Positions 29,128-38,729 of a stretch of 64,000 nt of DNA are shown in pieces. Position 1 is the first letter of the stretch, and every line of letters begins with the position of its first letter. This DNA comes from Terriglobus sp. GTDB lineage: Bacteria; Acidobacteriota; Terriglobia; Terriglobales; Acidobacteriaceae. The notes under the pieces are model-generated. The model ran no database searches. It was not told where the DNA came from and was given only the letters and a program-made list of their open reading frames with translations. The stretch covers positions 75,861 to 139,860 of the forward strand of contig CBDICD010000002.1 of assembly GCA_965277235.1 (NCBI GenBank), read 5' to 3'. The translations under genes were made by a program, and so were the position numbers.

Positions 29128-31689
29128 CTACTCAAGGTTCATACGCTGGAGCAATTTCTTGTATCGCGGGGCAGAGTGGAGTGAGACTAGCAATGGATCG
29201 ACATTTACAAAGACAAGGTCAGGCTCCCGAATGGCATAAGCAGCTTCCAACGCATCCATGGCCTTATTCTCATTTCCGCCGAAATTGTAATAGAGTGCCG
29301 TCACAAATAGTGGAGAACTTCCCTTCTCACGATCCCCTTTTATTGCAATCGCGAACCATTTTGCAGCTTCGGCAGTGTGGCCGGCCTGTGCATACGCAGT
29401 GCTGAGGGTCCCGGCCCTTAGTTGTTCCTCTCCACTCTCCACGGAAGTTTGTTGGAGCAGGTGTATCGCGTCTTCGGGGCGATTCAGCGCAAGGTAGTCT
29501 GAAGCCAGCAGGTCAACAGCCGGCTCAAGGTGTTTGATACTTTCGAAGTGTTCTTCCAAGATGTGCGCCGATTGCGCTTGCCGTTGCCCGCAATAGGCAG
29601 CCATAGCAAGACCCATAGTGGTAAGCGGTGAACCTGGGTTAGCAGCCTGCACGTAGCTCAGTTGCCCTTGTGCTTCCGCATCACGCCCCTGTGGGGTAAG
29701 TAGAGCTAACGCGTACCAGAGGTGCCCGTTGGTATAGCTAGGGTTTAATTCCAGGGCCCGGATGTAATCACTTTCGGCCTGCTTCCACTCGTAATGCAAC
29801 CATGTGCGCGCGAGTGCGCGAGAGGCATAGGCCTCTCCCAAAGTGGAGTCCAATGCAAGCGCCTGATTCGCAGCCTCAAGCGCGTTCTTAATCATTGGGA
29901 TCGGGTGCCCGGAACTGTAATGTGCCAGCAGGTTGTAGCTGTCTGCCAGGCCGGCGTACGCGGGCGCGTAATGCGAGTCGGCCGACAGCGCTCGCTGGAA
30001 ATCCTCCACCGCTTCCCGCAGCTTTTCAGGCGTGCGCTGCGACAGGTTGTAGCGGCCTTTCAGGTACGCGTCATATGCTGCCGGTGCCGTGGCGTACTGG
30101 CGTACCAGCCTCGCTTTCAGGTCCGGATTCAACCGAATTTTCAGGTGGTACGCAACATCCGTTGAGATCTCGCTTTGCAGCTGCGCAATATTTGCAGTCT
30201 GACCTTCGTAGGTCTTACCCCATAGCTGCGCACCCGTTTTTACATCGATGATCTCGATGGGTACACGTACGCTGTCGCCCTGGCTCAGCAACGACCCGCT
30301 CACCAGCGAACTGACCTGCAATCGCCTTCCGAACTCAACAGGATCGGTGTGTTCGTTGGCGTATTGCTGCGCGATCTCTTCCGCTTTCACCTGCAGATCG
30401 GGCATTCCGGCCAAGTCGTTCGTCAGCGCCTGCGTAAAACCTGCGCTCAGGTACTCCAGCTTGTTGTCGCCAGTCTTGTTGCGTAAGGGTAGAACCGCCA
30501 GGCTGGTCGCCTCGACCGGGCGAGGGTGCCTCACCCAAACAAACAACACAGCAGCCAGAAGACAGGCAGCAACCGTTGCCGCGACCGCCCAGGCCCAGCC
30601 CCTGCGCCGCTGCGGATTCAGGTCCTGGAGAATGCAGTCTAGGTCCGGAAAGCGATCGTGCGGCTGGGTGGCCAGACATCGACGCAGCACCTCTGCCCAG
30701 CGGGCCGGAATAGTTCCGGCGGGCAGCCTGACAGCACTGCGACCTACCGCAGATTTGCGTTCGTCCCGAACCGGTCGTGAGCCGGTGATCATCTCGCACA
30801 TCACTACGCCCAGCGCATACTGGTCGGCTAGCGCCGTCACGTTGCCCGTGAGCCTCTGCTCGGGCGCCATGTAGTCCGGGGTGCCTTGCCCCTCACGCTC
30901 CTCAAGACCGCCAGAAGATGCGAGCACATTTACGGCCAAGCCGAAGTCTGTGATCACGGCACGCATTCTGCCCGGGGCGGAGTTCACCAGCATAATGTTT
31001 TTCGATTTCAGGTCGCGATGGACGACACCCTGTGCATGCGCGCCCTTTAGTCCGTGAACCAACTGCTCTACGAGTTCGTACGCGATGCTGGGTTCGAATG
31101 GCCCGTGGTGCTTCAGATACTCACTAAGTGTGGGCCCCTCCAGAAACTCCATGCAAAGAAAGATCACGGATGTACCGGGCGCGGCCTCCACCGTATACAA
31201 CTCATGGATTCGGCATACGTTTTGGTGGGAAATGGCTCGCGCCTGTCTTACTTCCAGCCTGAAACGCTCCACTGCTTCAGCCGAACGGGCAAGCCCTGGA
31301 CGGATCGTTTTGATTGCGACACGCTCCTGCACCTGCGAGTCCCAGGCCTCCCAAACCTCGCCCATGCCGCCGCAGGCAACGAAACGATGGATCGCGAAGC
31401 GCCCTGCGATGACCTCTCCCACCTGGAACACCTGACTGGCATCATCGTGCGGGCTCCCGTTGGCTGTACACAACGAGTCTGCTGCTGGTGAGACCTGTAT
31501 CGAGTGTTCGAGCAGTGGATGGCTTAGGAAGCTTCCGGCGTCGTCATGGGCGGCTAGAAGCAACTCCACAGTACGGCGCAGCTGGAATTGACCTTGGCAC
31601 CTGCGGTCGAGCAGCTTCGTGCGCTCTTCGCGCGAAAGCGGCAGCGTTGCTTCGAATAGATCCTCAACAGAATCCGTCCCGGTAGCCAT
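29128..31689 (-). CDS. Membrane-anchored Hanks-type Ser/Thr kinase with TolB-like and TPR domains
   Basis: GGMGEVW, VAIK, HRDLKSKN, DFG and GTPDYMAPEQ motifs. One TM (WAWAVAATVAACLLAAVLFVWV), SLAVLPLRN domain, then TPR helices. Confidence 0.94.
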   Translation of the reverse strand: MATGTDSVEDLFEATLPLSREERTKLLDRRCQGQFQLRRTVELLLAAHDDAGSFLSHPLLEHSIQVSPAADSLCTANGSPHDDASQVFQVGEVIAGRFAIHRFVACGGMGEVWEAWDSQVQERVAIKTIRPGLARSAEAVERFRLEVRQARAISHQNVCRIHELYTVEAAPGTSVIFLCMEFLEGPTLSEYLKHHGPFEPSIAYELVEQLVHGLKGAHAQGVVHRDLKSKNIMLVNSAPGRMRAVITDFGLAVNVLASSGGLEEREGQGTPDYMAPEQRLTGNVTALADQYALGVVMCEMITGSRPVRDERKSAVGRSAVRLPAGTIPARWAEVLRRCLATQPHDRFPDLDCILQDLNPQRRRGWAWAVAATVAACLLAAVLFVWVRHPRPVEATSLAVLPLRNKTGDNKLEYLSAGFTQALTNDLAGMPDLQVKAEEIAQQYANEHTDPVEFGRRLQVSSLVSGSLLSQGDSVRVPIEIIDVKTGAQLWGKTYEGQTANIAQLQSEISTDVAYHLKIRLNPDLKARLVRQYATAPAAYDAYLKGRYNLSQRTPEKLREAVEDFQRALSADSHYAPAYAGLADSYNLLAHYSSGHPIPMIKNALEAANQALALDSTLGEAYASRALARTWLHYEWKQAESDYIRALELNPSYTNGHLWYALALLTPQGRDAEAQGQLSYVQAANPGSPLTTMGLAMAAYCGQRQAQSAHILEEHFESIKHLEPAVDLLASDYLALNRPEDAIHLLQQTSVESGEEQLRAGTLSTAYAQAGHTAEAAKWFAIAIKGDREKGSSPLFVTALYYNFGGNENKAMDALEAAYAIREPDLVFVNVDPLLVSLHSAPRYKKLLQRMNLE

Positions 31690-32034
31690 AGCAATGTCCT
31701 AGAAAAAGGATGGTACATCGCCCTTACGCTAAAAGACACAGCGAAAACCAGCAGCGCTCCACCTTCCACGTTGCCTGCGGACCGTCATGCATAGATGCTG
31801 TGTTTGACCGACAGTGGGGCCGCCACAGTACGGACCCGGTCACGCTTGCCGTGCGGCGACGTTCGAAACCCTGAACGAAAGCATTCCCGCCTGATTAAGC
31901 CGTACTTGCAAGGGGCTCGAACACTGTCGTCGATAGCGGGTCAAGCGGACGTATCGCTTCAAACGCTAGAAACGAAGAGAGGCGCTCCGACTCTGAGGTC
32001 AGGCGGGCACTGTCCCAGAGGGTTGTACTCGCCG

Positions 32035-33249
32035 TCATGAGCCACCGCCGATGTGTCCCAGACCCACTCCGATGAAGTATGTAACCAGCCCTTCGACCGC
32101 GCCCACAAACGTCATCTCCCATCCGCTGCTCCACCAGGAGCGAATCGTAATGAGAGATTTCGCTGCCCCAACAGCGAAGTGTGCGATGAGCGAGACCAAG
32201 GCAGCCACAAGCACCGCTGGAAGCCCGGCCATGAAGAAGAATGGGATGATCGGCACGAAGGCTCCGATCGCAGTTGACACTGCTCCGGAAATGGCGGCGG
32301 CGGAAGGATTTCGCAGGCCCTCTTCATTGGTGTTCAAACGTTCTCTCGCCAGCGCCTGGACGAGTTGAGATCGATCCGCTGCAAGGTGGTCGACAAAACG
32401 ATCCGCATCTTCGGCCGAAAATCCCCGGACCTGATAGGTCAAGGAGAGGATCTCCCTTGCCTCGGGCTCATTGTGTTCCACCGAAGCTCGCTCACGGGCG
32501 AACGCCGCTTCGTAAATCTCGCGCTCGCTCTTGGCGGCAAGGTAGGCACCCGATCCCATGGAGAGCGCACTTGCAATCATGCCGGCAAGCCCCGCAACGA
32601 GTACGAAGTGAGAATCACCGAGCGTGGCGCCTGCCACACCGGACACGATGCCGAATATGGAGCCGAGCCCATCGTTAATGCCGTAGATCGCGTCGCCCAC
32701 CCATCCAGAGGTTTCGTGCCGCCCTTTGTTCCGGGCAGCCAGCAGCCGTTCCAGCGCAGTCTTTGCGCCGGAGGCCGGGTCAGCCACAAGCCTCGTTGAA
32801 CCGTCAACAGGTTTCGATTCTGGACGAAGTAGTGTACCGAGGATGCGATAGTGTTCCTTTTCGTCCGCGATCACCTCGTCCAGGATGGCCAGCGATTGCG
32901 CGTCGCCGAGTTGTACAAGCTGTTCGTGATAACGGGCGATGTCCCGACTCTCGTCAACTTCGAGCCGACGCAACTTGACCGCTGAGCCGGACAGAATCGA
33001 TGCGAGCGTTTCCGCGTCTCCCGTTTCTTTGCGCCGATAGACGAGCGTCGATCCATCCAACGTCTGTAGGCGATTAGACCAGAGATTCGCATGGTGACGC
33101 TCTGCCGCAGCCAGGCCGCGGAGAGCATTCCTGCGACGCGAGTCTGTCTCGGATTCAGAAAGCGCTTGGTAGGTGTAGTAGCCCCTCATCTCCGCTTGCC
33201 AGTTCTCTTGGAGGACCGCAATCAGTTTTTCGTTTTGCCTATCGCTCAC
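32035..33249 (-). CDS. Ferritin/rubrerythrin-like + VIT1/CCC1 transporter fusion
   Basis: N-terminal E..ExxH diiron-type motifs (AERHH, DEKEH). C-terminal DAIYGINDGL and SALSMGSGAYL VIT1 motifs. GTGA overlap with the regulator. Confidence 0.88.
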   Translation of the reverse strand: MSDRQNEKLIAVLQENWQAEMRGYYTYQALSESETDSRRRNALRGLAAAERHHANLWSNRLQTLDGSTLVYRRKETGDAETLASILSGSAVKLRRLEVDESRDIARYHEQLVQLGDAQSLAILDEVIADEKEHYRILGTLLRPESKPVDGSTRLVADPASGAKTALERLLAARNKGRHETSGWVGDAIYGINDGLGSIFGIVSGVAGATLGDSHFVLVAGLAGMIASALSMGSGAYLAAKSEREIYEAAFARERASVEHNEPEAREILSLTYQVRGFSAEDADRFVDHLAADRSQLVQALARERLNTNEEGLRNPSAAAISGAVSTAIGAFVPIIPFFFMAGLPAVLVAALVSLIAHFAVGAAKSLITIRSWWSSGWEMTFVGAVEGLVTYFIGVGLGHIGGGS

Positions 33250-34616
33250 AACTGGCCCTCTCCATCGGTCTTCGAGATGCCATATTTCGCGAGTTTGTAG
33301 GTGATATCACTCTTGGACAGGCCCAGCCTTCGTGCGGCTTCCGCCTTTCCTCCCTGTGTTTTCGCGAGCGTTTGAACGATCGCGTCCCGCTCCCACTCAG
33401 CAAGCGCGTTTCGCAGGTTGAACTCGTCGGCGAATACCGGGCTGCTTGAGGTTCTCTGTTTATGTGGTAGATCGATGGAATTGATCTCGGGGCCGCTAGT
33501 TAAAATGCAGGCGCGTTCAAGAAGATTTCTGAGTTCGCGGATGTTACCGGGATAGCTATAGCCCTGAAGTTGCTGTAACGCATTCGGGTGCAACTTTCTA
33601 GGCGGCATCTTAAGGTCGCCAGCGATCAGTTGAAGCAGGTAGCTGGCCAGGGCCGGGACATCCTCCATGCGCTCTCGCAGCGGCGGCACCTCAATGGGGA
33701 CGATGGCCAGTCGGTAGTAGAGGTCCTGGCGAAAGCGGCCCTTTTCTACTTCGTTCAGCAGGTCGCGATGGGTGGCCACGAGCACCCGCACATCCACATC
33801 TCGCGAGACTGTCGATCCGACACGCGTAATCTTCCCTTCAGCCAGAACACGAAGAAGCTTCGCTTGCGCTGCCGGGGACATTTCACCAGCTTCGTCAAGA
33901 AACAGCGTGCCCTGATGCGCTGTCTCGAACAAACCGTAACGAACCCGGTCAGCACCGGTGAACGAGCCCTTTTCGTGGCCGAACAGTTCGCTTTCTAGAA
34001 GCGTTTCAGAGAACGCAGCGCAGTTCACGCTCATAAGCGGCTTCCCTGCCCGCATGCTCATCTTGTGAACGGCCCGCGCAACGAGTTCTTTGCCGGTCCC
34101 GGTCTCCCCTGTGATGAGCACGGTTGCATCGGTAGGACCCACACGGCGGATTAAACCCTTGACCCGTGAGATTGTCACGCTTCTGCCATGGATCTCGCTG
34201 TCACCTTCAAGGATGTCTACCGCACTGCGAAGCAATAGATTTTCTCTCCGCAACAGGGTGTACTGCGCCGCCCGAGCAATTACCGCTTTGAGATTGTCGG
34301 CCGCGAAGGGTTTAGTTAAGAAATCAAAGGCACCTCTTCGCATCGTTTCTACGGCAAGCTCAACTGTTCCAAATGCCGTCAGCACGACGAGAGCCGTTGC
34401 AGACTCGCCGTGTGAGAGCGCCTGCAAAATCTCGAGACCCTCGCCATCCGGCAGTTTCTGATCTGTCAGAATGACATCGAAATCTTGGGTTTCAAGCGCA
34501 GACAAGCCTTCCCGGATTGTGCCCACCACCACAAGGAAATGCTCTTCTGCCCGCAGATGGACGGCAATCAGCTTGCGCATGTTCGGCTCGTCTTCAATTA
34601 CAAGAACGCGTGCCAT
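33246..34616 (-). CDS. Sigma54-dependent response regulator (NtrC family)
   Basis: Receiver (EDE, TDQKLPD, TAFG, KPF), GETGTGKE, ESELFGHEKGSFTGA, RFRQDLYYRL, PGNIREL, and Fis-type HTH. Confidence 0.95.
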   Translation of the reverse strand: MARVLVIEDEPNMRKLIAVHLRAEEHFLVVVGTIREGLSALETQDFDVILTDQKLPDGEGLEILQALSHGESATALVVLTAFGTVELAVETMRRGAFDFLTKPFAADNLKAVIARAAQYTLLRRENLLLRSAVDILEGDSEIHGRSVTISRVKGLIRRVGPTDATVLITGETGTGKELVARAVHKMSMRAGKPLMSVNCAAFSETLLESELFGHEKGSFTGADRVRYGLFETAHQGTLFLDEAGEMSPAAQAKLLRVLAEGKITRVGSTVSRDVDVRVLVATHRDLLNEVEKGRFRQDLYYRLAIVPIEVPPLRERMEDVPALASYLLQLIAGDLKMPPRKLHPNALQQLQGYSYPGNIRELRNLLERACILTSGPEINSIDLPHKQRTSSSPVFADEFNLRNALAEWERDAIVQTLAKTQGGKAEAARRLGLSKSDITYKLAKYGISKTDGEGQL

Positions 34617-34625
34617 GTGGAACCT

Positions 34626-35822
34626 CTAGTTTTCTGCAGGTGCGAGCGAGTGTTGAGCTGCTGGGAAAAGCAGAGCAAAGAGGATGCGCCCTTCAACGTT
34701 TTGCTCCAAGGTCAGCGTTCCGTCATGCGCCTCGGCTATCTTCTTCGCGATAGGAAGGCCTAGACCTGTACCGCCGCTCTTTGCCGTAAAGAACGGCTCG
34801 AAAATCTTTGGGACAATGAGGGCGGGTATCGCCGTGCCCTGGTTCTCCACTTCGATACGGACAAACTCTCCGTAAGGGTCACAGCGTACCGACACCGCTC
34901 CCCCATCCGGCGAAGCCTCGATTGCATTCCGCATCAGGTTCAGCAACGCTTGCTGCAGTTGGTCCTCGTTGCCGTACAAGCGGCAGCCATCCTCAATATT
35001 GAGACAGATGGATACGCTTTTCCCAAGTGCCTGGGCCTTGGCGATGGATGCAATGTAGCCGACCAGGGTGAACACATCGATCTCATTGCGGGGAAGGTCG
35101 CCGGGCTGTGCATAGCTTAGAAAGTCGGTTGTCAGCCGCTCCAGTCTCTTTGCCTCTGTGAGCGCGATGCCGGACATGTCCTCACGTTCCTCTGCCGTAA
35201 GACTCACCGACCTTGCCGCCTCCATCGCGCTGGAGATGATAGCGACCGGATTGCGGATCTCATGAGCCACTGCGCTTGCCAGACGCCCGATCGCGGCCAG
35301 CTTCTCCTCTTGCACCAGCCGCTCCCGTGTTGCTTCAAGATCGTTGAGCCGCACCCTGAGTTCCCTGTCCTGTTTTCCAAGAAGGTCGAGCAATGTCCAC
35401 ACAAGTATTCCCACGGTGAAGAGTAAGAGGATGAGCGTGGCAGTCTCAAGTAATTCACCAAGCTCAAACGGCGGCTTAAAATGAGCAGCATACGCGACCC
35501 AGAGGGCTGCGGAACTCGATGCCAGGGTTGCGACAACGAGCGTGGTTGAAAGAGAAAAGTACAGAGCCGCCTCCAGAACTGGAAGAATCAGGAGGCCGAA
35601 GTAGTGTGTGTGGAACTGCTTTGTAGCGGCTGCGAGTGCGAAAGGCACGATAAGCCCTGCAGCGATAGAAGTGATGGGGCCAGTCTGTGTGGGCCTGGCA
35701 GCGAGCGTCTGCGGCTGGTGAGACAGTGCGAGTTCACCACAGCGAAACAGAATCGCAGCCGCTGCAACCAGCAGCATGGCAAGGGGCGTCGGAAAGTTGA
35801 AATACGAGAAACCAAGCTCCAC
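34626..35822 (-). CDS. Membrane sensor histidine kinase (true start probably further upstream)
   Basis: Multi-TM N-terminus. AHEIRNP H-box, NLMRNA N-box, FEPFFTAK and GTGLGL. Confidence 0.92.
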   Translation of the reverse strand: MELGFSYFNFPTPLAMLLVAAAAILFRCGELALSHQPQTLAARPTQTGPITSIAAGLIVPFALAAATKQFHTHYFGLLILPVLEAALYFSLSTTLVVATLASSSAALWVAYAAHFKPPFELGELLETATLILLLFTVGILVWTLLDLLGKQDRELRVRLNDLEATRERLVQEEKLAAIGRLASAVAHEIRNPVAIISSAMEAARSVSLTAEEREDMSGIALTEAKRLERLTTDFLSYAQPGDLPRNEIDVFTLVGYIASIAKAQALGKSVSICLNIEDGCRLYGNEDQLQQALLNLMRNAIEASPDGGAVSVRCDPYGEFVRIEVENQGTAIPALIVPKIFEPFFTAKSGGTGLGLPIAKKIAEAHDGTLTLEQNVEGRILFALLFPAAQHSLAPAEN

Positions 35823-36012
35823 TGTGACGAATAAAGCGAGCGCAGCAACGTTGACCAGCGCAATCGCCGTTCGTTGAGAAATCCCCCTTGGAAACCGGAT
35901 ATGGTTTAGGTCGTTCGTACTATCCCCTCTACACTGACGTGTTAATTAGCAATCGTGCGGCCAAAGAGAACGTGCGGTTTTCGAGAAACTCCGGCTCCCT
36001 TCTGTATTTTCC

Positions 36013-36048
36013 GTTCGAATAATCGTACGGGAGTACGAACCTTCATAC
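36013..36048. promoter_or_regulatory. Tandem palindromic sites, candidate enhancer (UAS) for the NtrC-like activator
   Basis: GTTCGA-ATAA-TCGTAC (36013-36028) and GTACGA-ACCT-TCATAC (36033-36048), 20 bp apart and ~65-100 bp upstream of the -24 element. Confidence 0.55.
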
Positions 36049-36110
36049 GAATAGCGCGCCGCAACCACATGAGTAACTCCAAAATCAGCCCAGAATGCCG
36101 AATCTCGGGT

Positions 36111-36127
36111 TTGGCCCTGATCCTGCA
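36111..36127 (+). promoter_or_regulatory. Sigma54 (-24/-12) promoter of the czcCBA-like operon
   Basis: TTGGCCCTGATCCTGCA: GG (36113-14), N10, GC (36125-26). Adjacent to a divergent sigma54 activator gene. Confidence 0.65.
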
Positions 36128-36131
36128 AAGT

Positions 36132-36164
36132 CCATGTTGCTGAAGTTCCGTTTCAGCAACATGG
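36132..36164. repeat. Perfect 13-bp inverted repeat
   Basis: CCATGTTGCTGAA-gttccgt-TTCAGCAACATGG. Confidence 0.85.
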
Positions 36165-36200
36165 GAGAGGCAAATCCAAGCTCGAACACCTGATTTCGCG

Positions 36201-37460
36201 TTGCGGGTCGCTCAGAAGATTCTGAGTGTTCCTCTCCTCGTCGCCGGTGCCCTCATCGGCATCATCGGAACCGTCGCGATGGCCCAGACGAACGGTGGCC
36301 GAAGCTCGCTCAGCCTCCACGATGCGATTCAGCAGTCACGGACGAGTCCGCAGGCTCGCGTTGGACAAGATCAGGTGGATGCGGTTCGCGGCTCGGTAGT
36401 CCAGGCCGGTCTGCGCCCCAACCCCCGCCTCTATCTTCAATCCGAAGATCTGCGGCCCTGGAGCGACAATTTCGACTTCCCAAACGCGACCGAGGATTAC
36501 GCCTACATCGGTCAACTCTTTGAATTAGGTGGGAAACGTTCGCGGCGACTCGACGTTGCGAGGGCGACCGTGAGGCAGGCTGAGGCGAACCAGACGCTGT
36601 TGAACCAGCAGATTGCAGGGCGCGTTGCTGCCGCGTACTGGACCGCGGTAATAAGTATCGGCATCGAGAAGCTGCTGGAAGATGATCTCCATGCCGTCGA
36701 CGAGATCGTGCGTTACAACAAGGAACGGGTAGATGCGGGTGCCATGCGCGGCATCGATCTCATTCGGGTGCAGATCGAGCGCGACCGGCTGCTTCTGGCT
36801 CTGGAGGCTGCAAAGCGAGAAGCGGTGCTGAGCCGCATTGAACTGTTTCGCCAGATAGGCCGCACTCCCGATCCGGACATCTCTCTCTCTGACTCGCTGG
36901 ACTCAGTAGCTCCCTTCCAAGCGGAAAGCCTCGCCGTTGTACTGGCTGCACGGGCCGATGTCGCCGCTGCCCGAGAAGCTGTGACCGCGGCTGACGCGGA
37001 CGTTCGACTTCAGCGCGCCGTTGGTGTTCCCGACCTCGATTTACTCGGCGGATACAAGCGCAACTCGGGCTACAACACGGCCTATACCAGCCTGCAGATC
37101 CCCTTGCCCTTTCGCAATCGCAACCAGGGCGAAGTGGCGCGGGCTGAGGCGACGGCACGCTTGGCGAAAGATCGTTTGCAGCAACTGGAACTCTCCGTCG
37201 GCGCGGATGTTGCCGCAGCGCAGGAGGCGTACACGCACCAGCAGGCGGTGGTGCACGACATCCTGCCAGACATGCGCGCGCGTGCCAAACAGAACCTCGC
37301 CATCATGGACGATGCCTACCGCACAGGCGGTGTCGACTTGTTGCGCTACCTGGACGCAGAACGAACCGCGTTCGATGTCGAGGTGACGGCCTTGCGCACG
37401 CTCGCCGAGTTCCAACAGGCCGGCCTGCGGCTGCAGCTTGCCTATGGGGTGCAACCATGA
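36201..37460 (+). CDS. czcC: Outer-membrane efflux protein (TolC/CzcC family)
   Basis: QAGLRPNP, ELGGKR..R, IPLPFRNRNQGE and AYRTG...LL.YLDAER motifs. First gene of the RND operon. Confidence 0.85.
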   Translation: MRVAQKILSVPLLVAGALIGIIGTVAMAQTNGGRSSLSLHDAIQQSRTSPQARVGQDQVDAVRGSVVQAGLRPNPRLYLQSEDLRPWSDNFDFPNATEDYAYIGQLFELGGKRSRRLDVARATVRQAEANQTLLNQQIAGRVAAAYWTAVISIGIEKLLEDDLHAVDEIVRYNKERVDAGAMRGIDLIRVQIERDRLLLALEAAKREAVLSRIELFRQIGRTPDPDISLSDSLDSVAPFQAESLAVVLAARADVAAAREAVTAADADVRLQRAVGVPDLDLLGGYKRNSGYNTAYTSLQIPLPFRNRNQGEVARAEATARLAKDRLQQLELSVGADVAAAQEAYTHQQAVVHDILPDMRARAKQNLAIMDDAYRTGGVDLLRYLDAERTAFDVEVTALRTLAEFQQAGLRLQLAYGVQP

Positions 37461-38728
37461 ACTATCTCAAGTGTTCGCTCGCCCCTTTGATGTTGATCTG
37501 CCTGTTGATCGGCTGTTCCAAAAAACAGTCCGACGCCGCCGGCTCCGAGTCCTCTTCCTCCGACAAATCCGGAGCTTCCGCCTCCAGCACGCAGGATCAA
37601 CCCGACAAGTCAGCGAAGGGTGGAGCGCAGGCGAACGATGTCGTCAGGATTCCACTGCAGGACCAGCAACGCGCCGGTATCCAGACAGCGTATGTGCTGG
37701 TTCAACGCACGCCACGCACGCTCTCTGTTGCCGGCCAGGTAGCGATGGATGAGCAGCACACCTCGCATCTTGGAGCCATCGCGGACGGTCGCATCACCGC
37801 AGTCAATGTGCTTCCCGGCGCTTCCGTTCGACGCGGACAGGTGCTGGGTAGCCTGCACAGTCACATGGTGCATGAAACGGTAGGCGCGCTCGTGCAGGCC
37901 TATGCCGAAGCCGACCGCCAGCGAGGTGCGGTGAGCTTTGCGAAACAGGCGCAGTCCCGCTACCACCACCTGTACTCCATCCAGGCCGCGTCGCTTGAGG
38001 AGTCGCAGCGCTCCGACCAGGAGGTCTTGCAAGCGCAAAAGATGCTGGTCGATGCAGAGGCCAACGTTCACATGGAGCGCGAACACCTCTCCGAGCTTCT
38101 GCAGGTCTCGCCAGAGTCGCTCAATCCCGGCAACCTATACGACCGCGAACTCATTCCCATCCGCTCCCCCATCGACGGTGTCGTGATCGCACGCAACATC
38201 AGTGTCGGCCAAGTTGTAGATACGGGCTTCGTTGCGTTCGACATTTCCAACCTATCGACCATCTGGGTGACCGCTGCGGTCAACCAGCAGGACCTTTCCC
38301 TGGTCCACCGGGGGGCAGCGGCGGATGTGGTCACCACCGGTTACCCCGATCAGGTCTTTCATGGCCGGGTCGCCATGATCGGCGATACGCTGGACCCGGA
38401 CACACGCACGATTCCCGTTCGCGTTGTAGTTCCGAATCCGGCGACGAAGCTTCGTCCCGGCATGTTCGCTTCCGCTCACATCGCCGAGCCCGCAACACAT
38501 GACGCAGTCTTCGTTCCCGAGAACGCTCTGCAAAACATCAACGGCATGCCCGTCGTCTTTGTCACGACAGATGGGACAACGTTCCAGGCCCGCACCGTGA
38601 CCGTGGGCACGCGGTCGATGGGAAAAGCTGAAATTGTCGAGGGACTGAAACCCGGCGACCGCATCGTTGTGAACGGCGCGTTCATGGTCAAGTCCGAGAT
38701 GCTCAAAGGAACGATGGGGGACGGCTAG
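37457..38728 (+). CDS. czcB: RND efflux periplasmic adaptor (CzcB family), lipoprotein
   Basis: Lipobox LIGC. IRSPIDGVV, DPDTRT, LRPGMF and GLKPGDRIVVNGAF motifs. ATGA overlap with the upstream gene. Confidence 0.88.
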   Translation: MNYLKCSLAPLMLICLLIGCSKKQSDAAGSESSSSDKSGASASSTQDQPDKSAKGGAQANDVVRIPLQDQQRAGIQTAYVLVQRTPRTLSVAGQVAMDEQHTSHLGAIADGRITAVNVLPGASVRRGQVLGSLHSHMVHETVGALVQAYAEADRQRGAVSFAKQAQSRYHHLYSIQAASLEESQRSDQEVLQAQKMLVDAEANVHMEREHLSELLQVSPESLNPGNLYDRELIPIRSPIDGVVIARNISVGQVVDTGFVAFDISNLSTIWVTAAVNQQDLSLVHRGAAADVVTTGYPDQVFHGRVAMIGDTLDPDTRTIPVRVVVPNPATKLRPGMFASAHIAEPATHDAVFVPENALQNINGMPVVFVTTDGTTFQARTVTVGTRSMGKAEIVEGLKPGDRIVVNGAFMVKSEMLKGTMGDG

Positions 38729-38729
38729 C

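Noticed and set aside
31912-31922. GGGGCTCGAAC identical to part of the tRNA-Glu T-arm (52867-52877), a possible att remnant between the kinase and metal modules
   Set aside because: Only 11 bp, it does not extend to the acceptor/CCA end, and no integrase is nearby. It cannot be distinguished from chance.
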